The notes under the pieces were generated by a model, which had not been told where the DNA came from, searched no databases, and saw nothing but the letters and a program-made list of their open reading frames with translations. A stretch of 64,000 nt of DNA from a virus: positions 1 to 64,000 of the IMG/VR virus record IMGVR_UViG_3300025127_000020. One strand, 5' to 3'. Below, piece after piece: positions 55,559 through 63,125 of this stretch. The position numbers and the translations under genes were made by a program. Position 1 is the stretch's first letter, and the number at the start of each line of letters is the position of its first letter.

Positions 55559-56808
55559 AGTTCAATAATCTCCCAATTTTGATGTTTTCTACTTTTCCAA
55601 GAACCTGCGGTCTTGTGTAAAGAAGTTATTGCCTTTTGCCAGGACTTTGAATAATCATTTAAATTGTAGTTTTTGATGACGTGATTATGACCTAGCTGAC
55701 CAAGAACTTTTCTCTCCTCATTTGTCATTGAATAAATCTTTTTTAAACCTTGAACAAAATCTTCTTTACTTACTCGATCTTGATAAATATAGGGAACTCT
55801 CTGAGATCCAATTATGGTTCTAGTAGAGGGTTCGATCCCGACACCGAATTCATTTTCACCATCAGTAATCTGCTCTTTTAGTCCTCCAGTTTTATTCACA
55901 AGAATCGGAGTTCCACAAGCTAAAGATTCAAGAGTGGATAGCCCGAAACCTTCAGCGTCAGAGATGTTTATAGTGCAGTCAACACAGTTATAAAGCAAAG
56001 CCATTCTATCTGATGCATATTTTAAAGGAGAAAGCATTACCTGACCATTATTTAATTCAAGTGTTCTTAAATTTTCCTCCAAATCAGTTCCCAAAGGATC
56101 TTCAGGATCAGTGTGCATTAAGAGTGCCGCTTTTTCCTCTCCTACTTCTTGCAAAAATTCCTTGAACCACCATAAGATTGTTGTTGCATTTTTTCTTGGC
56201 GCATTTCTATTATTCCAAAAAAATAAAAATTTATCGTCACCAAAATGTTCTTTTTTAAACTTCTTTACTTCTTCCTCTGGTAAAATTTTAAAAATTGTTT
56301 GATCAACAGTGTGAGGAATTCTTATGTGCTTTGCCGTTGTTCCAACTTCGTTAACGACCTTTTCTGTTAGCTTAGAAATCGAAACTACTAAATCGTTAGA
56401 ATCGTAAAAAACCTTATTGTAATGTGGTGCTGGTTCATTATCCCAAACATGATAATAACAAATAGGAATTTGATTTCTTATTTCATCTTCAATCTGCCAC
56501 AGCCACGTCCAATAACGTGGATCTGTCATTATCCACATTACATCTGGTCTTTCGGTTCTCATTATAGACCTTACAGTTTCAGCATTTCCATAACCTTCAA
56601 TTGGAAAAATTTTCCAATCATCGCCGTATTGCTCTGTTTTTATTGGTGACATGTCTCGATGTTTTTGTGCTCCAGCTAAAGACACAAACTCAAATTTACC
56701 AGTCTCAAGCAATGACTCTACAAACATTTTCGTTTGAATAGCAACACCTGTTGAAAATAAAGGATGGTCAGATAGTGTTAAAATTTTAATTTTTTTATTT
56801 TTTGCCAT
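55555..56808 (-). CDS. Glycosyltransferase, GT-B fold (GT4-like; start revised to ATG 56808)
   Basis: SDHP..STGV, NRNAPRK and SDAEGFGLSTLESLACGTPI; SD AGGAG. Confidence 0.9.
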   Translation of the reverse strand: MAKNKKIKILTLSDHPLFSTGVAIQTKMFVESLLETGKFEFVSLAGAQKHRDMSPIKTEQYGDDWKIFPIEGYGNAETVRSIMRTERPDVMWIMTDPRYWTWLWQIEDEIRNQIPICYYHVWDNEPAPHYNKVFYDSNDLVVSISKLTEKVVNEVGTTAKHIRIPHTVDQTIFKILPEEEVKKFKKEHFGDDKFLFFWNNRNAPRKNATTILWWFKEFLQEVGEEKAALLMHTDPEDPLGTDLEENLRTLELNNGQVMLSPLKYASDRMALLYNCVDCTINISDAEGFGLSTLESLACGTPILVNKTGGLKEQITDGENEFGVGIEPSTRTIIGSQRVPYIYQDRVSKEDFVQGLKKIYSMTNEERKVLGQLGHNHVIKNYNLNDYSKSWQKAITSLHKTAGSWKSRKHQNWEIIEL

Positions 56809-56816
56809 TTTTTCTC

Positions 56817-57590
56817 CTACGGGCATTCTGGTGTGTTTTTGAACTCACACATTCTGCACGATAATTTATTCTTTATAAATTTACCACTTTGAATATTATA
56901 AAGCGCCTTGTTCAATAACTCCAATGCGTTACTGATTTTTCTATTACCACTTGTTACTCTAAAGATTTCTACTAAGTCTTTCTTAGATGTTCTCTTTAAC
57001 AACCCAAAGTGTGTTTCTATGTCCTTCAATGGGACATTATGTTTTTTTGCATAAAAGTGTTTATAATAAGTTAATTGATAGGTCGTCATTGGGTCAGACT
57101 TCTTTTGTGCATTCCATCCCCAAGAACATGTCTTCCAATCGATAACGTGAAATTTATTATCAGGTGTTTTTATAACAAGGTCTATGAACCCCTTGAAATT
57201 ATAGTCTTCAAAACCTTCGATAGATTCATAAATGTCTTCTTCGGTTGAGACAACTTCAAAATCGCCAAAATGAGATTTGAGAGCAGGGATTGCAACAACA
57301 GAAAGTCTTCGACCTTGCTCTCTCATGTCCTGAATGTCTTTTGGCTTTAGTTCATTTCTCGCTTCTTCTGGTAAACTCTGTAGTTCTCTGAGGAAGGCTG
57401 ATTCGAATAAGTCTGGCAGACCAGTTAGACTGTTATCTTCTGCATTTAACTCGCAGACTTCATGAAGTGCTGTTCCAAAAGCTGTGTAATGATTACCAAC
57501 AAATCTCTTTATCTTGTCAACATAAGTTAACTTGTAATAATAGGGACATTGATTCCAGTTTTTGAGAGCAGAAAATGAAATGTGCTGCAT
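56817..57590 (-). CDS. PD-(D/E)XK exonuclease, Cas4/RecB-like, with four Fe-S-type cysteines
   Basis: ISFS......QCP, GTALHE, GFIDLV, IDWKT, QLTYY and CRMCEF....C. Confidence 0.88.
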   Translation of the reverse strand: MQHISFSALKNWNQCPYYYKLTYVDKIKRFVGNHYTAFGTALHEVCELNAEDNSLTGLPDLFESAFLRELQSLPEEARNELKPKDIQDMREQGRRLSVVAIPALKSHFGDFEVVSTEEDIYESIEGFEDYNFKGFIDLVIKTPDNKFHVIDWKTCSWGWNAQKKSDPMTTYQLTYYKHFYAKKHNVPLKDIETHFGLLKRTSKKDLVEIFRVTSGNRKISNALELLNKALYNIQSGKFIKNKLSCRMCEFKNTPECP

Positions 57591-57616
57591 TAAATAAACC
57601 TCTACTTTATAGTCAC

Positions 57617-57645
57617 ATTATGACATAATTTAAGGTCTTAGTCAA
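57617..57645 (-). promoter_or_regulatory. Sigma70-type promoter heading the nuclease-GT4-GT4-...-late sigma operon
   Basis: TTGACT-17 nt-CATAAT with an extended -10 TG. Confidence 0.7.
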
Positions 57646-57648
57646 GTA

Positions 57649-57975
57649 CTATTTTGTAGTTTTTGTCGTTGTCTTACGAGTTCTTCTACGACGAGTAGTC
57701 TTTGGCTTGGGCTCTGGATCTGTTATTTCAGATGGAGCGACCTCCAAAGAAGATGCACCATAACTTGTTGTAAGATCTGTCATTTTCAAATCTGGTTGCC
57801 TACCATCTTCTATCTGAAAAATCATAAAACCTGGACCAGACGCAATCAACGATTCTACAGTTATCTTACTCTTTTTAAGTTCTTCTCTTACTTGTTTCTC
57901 AGTTGGGTTTTCTCTAAAATAAGCGAAAACTTTATTTTTTTTATCTATAACATCTGTCTTATATAAAATTGACAT
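57649..57975 (-). CDS. Hypothetical protein with a basic C-terminal tail
   Basis: Ends KPKTTRRRRTRKTTTKTTK; SD AGGAG. Confidence 0.6.
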   Translation of the reverse strand: MSILYKTDVIDKKNKVFAYFRENPTEKQVREELKKSKITVESLIASGPGFMIFQIEDGRQPDLKMTDLTTSYGASSLEVAPSEITDPEPKPKTTRRRRTRKTTTKTTK

Positions 57976-57976
57976 T

Positions 57977-58657
57977 TTAAACTCCTGCTTCTGAAATCTT
58001 ATTCAGCTTTTCAAATAATTGTGGTGAAATTTTTCTCACATAACTTGGGTCAGATTGAACAAAATAAAATTCAAATCCTGTTGCAAAATATTCAGAAATT
58101 GAAACTGACGAATAGGGGCTTAAAAATAAACCCTGGGAATAAGGGACAACTACATCATAACCAAGTTGATAAAATAAAAACTCATCAAAAAGTTTAGAAT
58201 ATTCTGTCTCGTATCTTAACCTATTTGGAATTTTCATTCCGCCAGCACTCAATAAATCTAAAAATCTTTTTTTCTTTCCAAGATACTCTTTTTCGATCTT
58301 ATCATCTGAATAAAGTTCAACCTCAAACATCTTCTCAACCGCATGTGCAACTTCGTGAACTATGTCCTCGAACAACTGCTCTTCTGAGGGTTGTTCGTTA
58401 GTAACGTAAATTCCACCATCTAAATAAACTGCACGTAATCCACGTTCTTTAACTTCTTTAAATTGACCCACCAAAACAGTCTCAACTTCATGAAATAAAT
58501 GAGCAGGAATTGAATCCTCCAAATTCATGATAACATTTGTGAGATTTACATCCTCTGGTAAAGGGTCTTTAACAAAGACGTGAATGTTCCCAAAAATTGT
58601 AAATTCTTTTCTTTCTTTCATTATTTTATTGTGAGATTTTTTTATGTAATTGCTCAT
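57977..58657 (-). CDS. Zincin-like metallopeptidase (HExxH)
   Basis: IVHEVAHAVE plus a downstream Y....SEYFA.GF third-ligand motif. Confidence 0.7.
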   Translation of the reverse strand: MSNYIKKSHNKIMKERKEFTIFGNIHVFVKDPLPEDVNLTNVIMNLEDSIPAHLFHEVETVLVGQFKEVKERGLRAVYLDGGIYVTNEQPSEEQLFEDIVHEVAHAVEKMFEVELYSDDKIEKEYLGKKKRFLDLLSAGGMKIPNRLRYETEYSKLFDEFLFYQLGYDVVVPYSQGLFLSPYSSVSISEYFATGFEFYFVQSDPSYVRKISPQLFEKLNKISEAGV

Positions 58658-58663
58658 TTGTTA

Positions 58664-58692
58664 ATTGTAGCACAAGGTGTAAAGTTTGTAAA
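58664..58692 (-). promoter_or_regulatory. Sigma70-type promoter, probably leaderless
   Basis: TTTACA-17 nt-TACAAT with TG; only 6 nt between the -10 box and the ATG; no SD. Confidence 0.65.
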
Positions 58693-60021
58693 CTATAAAA
58701 TTTTAGAACCAAGTGTTGCGATTGCAGAACGTTCACCCTTTTTTAAAGTTACGTGACCTGTAATCTCGTGCTCCTTCATTTTTTCTACTGCATAGGTTAG
58801 TCCGTTAGTTCTCTCATCTATATAGATGTTATCAATTTGTTCAACGTCTCCAGTAAGAATAAGTTTTGTCCCTTCTCCTACTCGGGTAACAATAGTCTTA
58901 AGTTCATGCTTAGTGAGATTTTGTGCTTCATCAATAATAATAAAAGCATTGGCAATGGATCGACCTCTAATGTAGGTAAGTGCCTCGACTTCTATCTTTC
59001 CCATGTCCATGTATTCTTGCAGTGTAACTGAATCATCGACCATTAAAAATTTTAAATTATCTTGAATAGGTTTTAGCCAAGGCTCCATTTTTTCTTCCAT
59101 TGTCCCTGGTAAAAATCCGATATCTTTTCCGAGGGGCTCTACGGGACGAGAGACAATAAGTCTTGTGTAGATGGACCTTTGACTGCTCATTGGATGATCG
59201 TCGAGGGTTTGCTCTAAGCCTGCTGCGATTGCACATAAAGTCTTACCAGAACCAGCTTTGCCAACAAGTGACACGAGGGAGATAGAAGGGTCCATTAGAA
59301 GCTCAATAGCATAGGTCTGTTCCTTGTTTCGAGGAGAGATGCCCCAAACCCTACGCTTGTTTGGAATTTTTATTAATGGAGAATTATAATTTTTAAATCT
59401 TGCAAGAGCAGACTTCTTTTCATTTATCTCAGAAGACATAACAAGAAACTGATTTCCATTTAATCCCTGCTCTTCTTTTGGAATAAAAACATCTTCTCCA
59501 TTATAAAAATCTTCTATGACAGAATCTTTTACAACCATCTCGGTGTAGCCTGAATAAATTTCATCTAAAGATTCTATAACCTGACTTGCTTGATAATCGT
59601 CTGTTGACAATCCTATAGAATCACACTTAACTCTCAGGTTAATATCTCTTGAAACAAGAGTGACCTTGGAATCTGGGTTTTCAACTTTAACTGTCAATGC
59701 AGTGGCTATAATTTGATTATCTGGATCTTCTACGTCCCAGTCTAATGGAATAAGTTGAGGATCGTAGCTTCTAGCCGTAACAGTTCCAAAGCCTTCTCCC
59801 ATAGAAACACCATTATGCAATGAACCTATCTCTCTTAGTTCATCCAAAGCTCTGATAATATTTCTAGCATTAGATCCTACGGCATCTTGTCTTTTCTTAT
59901 GTTTATCAATTTCTTCAAGAACTTTGAATGGAATAACAATATCATTATCTTCAAAAGCTCTAAGTGAGGAGAAATCTGTCAAATAAACACTGGTGTCAAT
60001 AACGTAAATTTTGTTTGTCAT
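58693..60021 (-). CDS. phoH: PIN-PhoH (PhoH2/YlaK-like) protein
   Basis: PIN motifs YVIDTSV, VLEEID, DNQII, LVSRDINLRVK; PhoH motifs GKAGSGKT, IGFLPG, RGRS, IDEAQN, GDVEQID. Confidence 0.93.
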   Translation of the reverse strand: MTNKIYVIDTSVYLTDFSSLRAFEDNDIVIPFKVLEEIDKHKKRQDAVGSNARNIIRALDELREIGSLHNGVSMGEGFGTVTARSYDPQLIPLDWDVEDPDNQIIATALTVKVENPDSKVTLVSRDINLRVKCDSIGLSTDDYQASQVIESLDEIYSGYTEMVVKDSVIEDFYNGEDVFIPKEEQGLNGNQFLVMSSEINEKKSALARFKNYNSPLIKIPNKRRVWGISPRNKEQTYAIELLMDPSISLVSLVGKAGSGKTLCAIAAGLEQTLDDHPMSSQRSIYTRLIVSRPVEPLGKDIGFLPGTMEEKMEPWLKPIQDNLKFLMVDDSVTLQEYMDMGKIEVEALTYIRGRSIANAFIIIDEAQNLTKHELKTIVTRVGEGTKLILTGDVEQIDNIYIDERTNGLTYAVEKMKEHEITGHVTLKKGERSAIATLGSKIL

Positions 60022-60039
60022 AGTTTGCCTTTCTCACCA

Positions 60040-60047
60040 ATAAATAG
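60040..60047 (-). promoter_or_regulatory. Putative late promoter CTATTTAT
   Basis: 18 nt upstream of the phoH start. Confidence 0.6.
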
Positions 60048-60074
60048 GTCTTTTACTTTTTTATTCTTTCTACC

Positions 60075-60082
60075 CTACTTAC
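60075..60082 (+). promoter_or_regulatory. Putative late promoter variant CTACTTAC on the plus strand
   Basis: 28 nt upstream of the only plus-strand gene, so the motif follows gene orientation. Confidence 0.45.
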
Positions 60083-60110
60083 TTATAGGGAACGCAGGAG
60101 GAGAATTTTT

Positions 60111-61007
60111 ATGATTAAAAAGATTTTTTTTCTTATTATAATTGCACTTATAGCTGGATGTGCTTCTTCAATCAAGCATCCAACAAGCATGAAAAAATCT
60201 TTTGTAAAAATTCACAAGTCAGTTGAAATAAAGATTTGTGGAGAAAACAGTCTGTCAAAGACAAACGAATGCAAGAAATTAATGACGATGAATTCAACTG
60301 GTTCTGGTGGAGTTATTTGGAACGAGAGAGAAATTGGACAAATCCCAAGAACACTTGTCCTAACTGCTGATCACTTATGTGAAGATGAAGAATATTCAAT
60401 AAAAGATTTTGACAAATCTGCTCATAATCACATAAAAAAAATTTTAGGCTTTAATAAAGATTTTAAAATAATTTCTGATTCTTCCATGAGGGTTGTAGAC
60501 AGTAGCGGAACCACCTACTCAGTAAAGAAAATTCCGTGGATAAGAAATGTTGCCGCAGACACATGCGTGATTGAAACTTCAATGAACGTGCCCTCTCTTA
60601 AATTAGGATCTCCTCCAGAATACGGTCAAGAGGTTATTAACATCTCTGCTCCAAAAGGAATCTATCATCCAAGCTCAAGTGGTGGAGGTGTCTTTTTTAC
60701 TAAAGGAAGTTATAACGGTCAATTTTTAATGCCAGGAGGTAAAAAGAAAAAAAGAATTTTTTCAATGTATAACTTAAGCGCTGCTCCTGGCTCTAGTGGC
60801 TCCCCTATCTTAAACACAAATGGCGAAATTATTGGAATGATTCATTCTATTGATTCAAGTTATTGTAATCTTATCACGGGTCAATGTAATAGTCCTATCA
60901 GCTACAGTGCAACAGTTGATCAAATTAAAGAAACATTAACTGAGGCACTTGCTGCAATAAAGAGAGGTAAGTCCATTAAATTTGACTATAACAAAATTAG
61001 TCAATAA
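60111..61007 (+). CDS. Lipoprotein trypsin-like serine protease (only plus-strand gene)
   Basis: Lipobox LIAG|C, LTADH (His), ADTC (Asp), PGSSGSPI (Ser); SD AGGAGG. Confidence 0.85.
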   Translation: MIKKIFFLIIIALIAGCASSIKHPTSMKKSFVKIHKSVEIKICGENSLSKTNECKKLMTMNSTGSGGVIWNEREIGQIPRTLVLTADHLCEDEEYSIKDFDKSAHNHIKKILGFNKDFKIISDSSMRVVDSSGTTYSVKKIPWIRNVAADTCVIETSMNVPSLKLGSPPEYGQEVINISAPKGIYHPSSSGGGVFFTKGSYNGQFLMPGGKKKKRIFSMYNLSAAPGSSGSPILNTNGEIIGMIHSIDSSYCNLITGQCNSPISYSATVDQIKETLTEALAAIKRGKSIKFDYNKISQ

Positions 61008-61516
61008 GAAAAAGGCTCCAGATAAGTTTTCCAAGCCTCGTCAATGTTATTATTAAAATTATAAAATAATTTAATAGATGGAACACGAGGCGTGTTTTTA
61101 GGAAACATGTTTGCTTCTCTTGGAAGTTTGTTTGCTTTCTTTTGATTACACTTTCTACAAGCTGCTACTAGATTCTCCCAAGTCTTTGGACCACCAGCAG
61201 ACTTCGGTGTTACATGATCTATTGTAAGCTCTCCTTTAGGAAACCTTGTGTTACAATATTGACAAGTGTATTTATCTCTTATAAATAAATTGTTTCTCGT
61301 TACCCGCAGCGAGACTCTTGCCTTTCTAACATAACGATTGATTGCAATAACGGAAGGGACTTTAAATGATTCAGATGCGGAATTGACAAATGCACCTTCT
61401 CTATATTCTACAACGTTGGCTCTACCAGCAAACACCATAGTGAATGCCTCTGTCCAGTCTATAACCTGAATAGGTCTATAGGAACTATCTAACTTTAAAA
61501 CTTTCCAATTTTTCAA
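61001..61516 (-). CDS. HNH endonuclease (McrA-like, stand-alone bacterial type)
   Basis: VLKLDSSYRP, RDKYTCQYC and TIDHVTPKSAGG..TWENLVAAC..CN..K. Confidence 0.92.
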   Translation of the reverse strand: MKNWKVLKLDSSYRPIQVIDWTEAFTMVFAGRANVVEYREGAFVNSASESFKVPSVIAINRYVRKARVSLRVTRNNLFIRDKYTCQYCNTRFPKGELTIDHVTPKSAGGPKTWENLVAACRKCNQKKANKLPREANMFPKNTPRVPSIKLFYNFNNNIDEAWKTYLEPFSY

Positions 61517-62625
61517 AACTCTCCCTTAGAAAAGTGAGTCTGAATTTCCTTTTCTAAGAGTTCCACATAACCTTCAACGTTCTTTATGTTATTAGGACTG
61601 TATCTCCAAAGTAGTTCATTATTCTTTGGTCTATCTTCAAGATAACGTTTATGGTGATTATTAATCGCCTCTTCAAGAGCGTCAGCACCAGCATGAACAT
61701 CAAACTCTGGATAATAGTAGCCGTGTTCTTTAAACACTGGACTATTATGAATAAAAGGTAAATTAAAGTGCATTGCTTCCAATTGGAGGTAGTTCAATTC
61801 GTTACACCATTGATGTGAGATAATTGAACCAGCATAACCTTTTTCTAATAAAAAGTTCAAAGCCCATCTTCCTTCGAAAGACATCTTCGCATCTTTGACT
61901 AAATCTAATCGATTACAAAATCTGACAAAGTTAACTTTATCTTTTAATAAAGAAGAACCAACATTGAAAACTTGATCAATCATCTCTGGTTTTCTATTGT
62001 AAAGTTCTTCTGCTATTAGCATTGGAATAAAACACATCTTTACCATGTAAAGATTAGATTCCATAATAGCAATGTTTTTTAAGTTAGTGTGTGCTCCAAA
62101 AAAGGGACTATAACCAGCGCCCATGTAAGATAAGGTAATAATCTCTGGAGACCAAATGTAAGGGCAAATACTTACAGGAGCTTTTGCCATTGTCTGTAGT
62201 GCGTTTGCTGTTCTTTCAAAGTGCGGAGACGTCCAGTAGAAGTCAACCTCTGGCATAGTAAAACTAGCATCATCATCTTTATAGATCATAGTGCCCATGT
62301 CAATTAGAATCTTGTTTCCATATTCACAAGAACCAACAATTCCTTTATTTCCTTTGTGAACCATTCTGACTTCTTCCGTCAAAGAATTGGCACACTGAAT
62401 TAATACTTGATAATCAGAAACAGTAATAGTGTCTAATTTTTTAAGTTCAACGCCTAACAACTTCTTACCATAATGTTTATCAGATTCAGAAACCATGTCA
62501 ACATCATAGCCAGTATTTTTTAATAATTTATAAAGAAACCAAACGTTGGACTTAAGTCCATTACCAAAAAGGTTTTCTTCACATTGTGAAGTGATTCCAA
62601 TTTTTATGTGTTTACTTATTTTCAA
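61513..62625 (-). CDS. DUF2827-like protein (putative GT-B glycosyltransferase)
   Basis: NGL..NV.FL, PYIWSP, IMESNL...K.CFIPML..E and ISHQW.N.LNYL.LEA.....PFIHNS......GYYY..FD match my recollection of DUF2827; glycosyltransferase activity is inference. Confidence 0.7.
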   Translation of the reverse strand: MKISKHIKIGITSQCEENLFGNGLKSNVWFLYKLLKNTGYDVDMVSESDKHYGKKLLGVELKKLDTITVSDYQVLIQCANSLTEEVRMVHKGNKGIVGSCEYGNKILIDMGTMIYKDDDASFTMPEVDFYWTSPHFERTANALQTMAKAPVSICPYIWSPEIITLSYMGAGYSPFFGAHTNLKNIAIMESNLYMVKMCFIPMLIAEELYNRKPEMIDQVFNVGSSLLKDKVNFVRFCNRLDLVKDAKMSFEGRWALNFLLEKGYAGSIISHQWCNELNYLQLEAMHFNLPFIHNSPVFKEHGYYYPEFDVHAGADALEEAINNHHKRYLEDRPKNNELLWRYSPNNIKNVEGYVELLEKEIQTHFSKGEF

Positions 62626-62648
62626 TTTTTCTCTCCCTCTTTTCTATA

Positions 62649-62656
62649 GTAATTAG
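62649..62656 (-). promoter_or_regulatory. Putative late promoter CTAATTAC
   Basis: 23 nt upstream of the DUF2827-like start. Confidence 0.55.
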
Positions 62657-62772
62657 AGAGTTTGAAATGAATTTACTTAGTAACTCAGACTCAGACTTGA
62701 GTTTTTTTATTTAATTTAGTTATGAGTGAAGCGAATAACTTAATATATATATACCTTACAAAAACTGTCTTG

Positions 62773-63114
62773 TTAAGACCTTTTTTTAAAATAATGAAAA
62801 AGTCCATAGTTTTTAAGGTTTTGTCTTAGGTTGGCATAAGTGATTCCGAGAAACCTTGCAGCGTCCCGTCGAGTTGCAGATCCAGAAATTGCAGCTTTGA
62901 GACAAGCATCTCTAACAATGGTGGGCATGTTTTTCCAGATGGGCAGACCGTACATCTTACCGTCCATCTCTCTTGTGGCGAGTTCTAGCTTTAAACTAAT
63001 AACCTCTTCAAGACTCAGGTTAGATAATTGAATCTCAAAGAGGTCATTAATTTTATTTTCTTCCCTCAGTTGTTTTGAAACAGAAGGGGTTTTATGAGGA
63101 CGTTCTTTATGCAA
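62773..63114 (-). CDS. Fis-like helix-turn-helix protein
   Basis: C-terminal RRDAARFLGITYANLRQNLKNYGL parallels E. coli Fis [24 protein letters not shown]; similar size. Confidence 0.7.
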   Translation of the reverse strand: MHKERPHKTPSVSKQLREENKINDLFEIQLSNLSLEEVISLKLELATREMDGKMYGLPIWKNMPTIVRDACLKAAISGSATRRDAARFLGITYANLRQNLKNYGLFHYFKKRS

Positions 63115-63125
63115 CTAAATCCCTA

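Noticed and set aside
56817-57590. Cas4-like gene as part of a CRISPR-Cas system
   Set aside because: No repeat-spacer array or other cas gene is visible; solo Cas4-like nucleases are common in phages.
61001-61516. HNH gene as an intron-borne homing endonuclease
   Set aside because: It does not interrupt a gene and has the stand-alone bacterial McrA-like N-terminus; terminase, portal and primase show no intron or intein.
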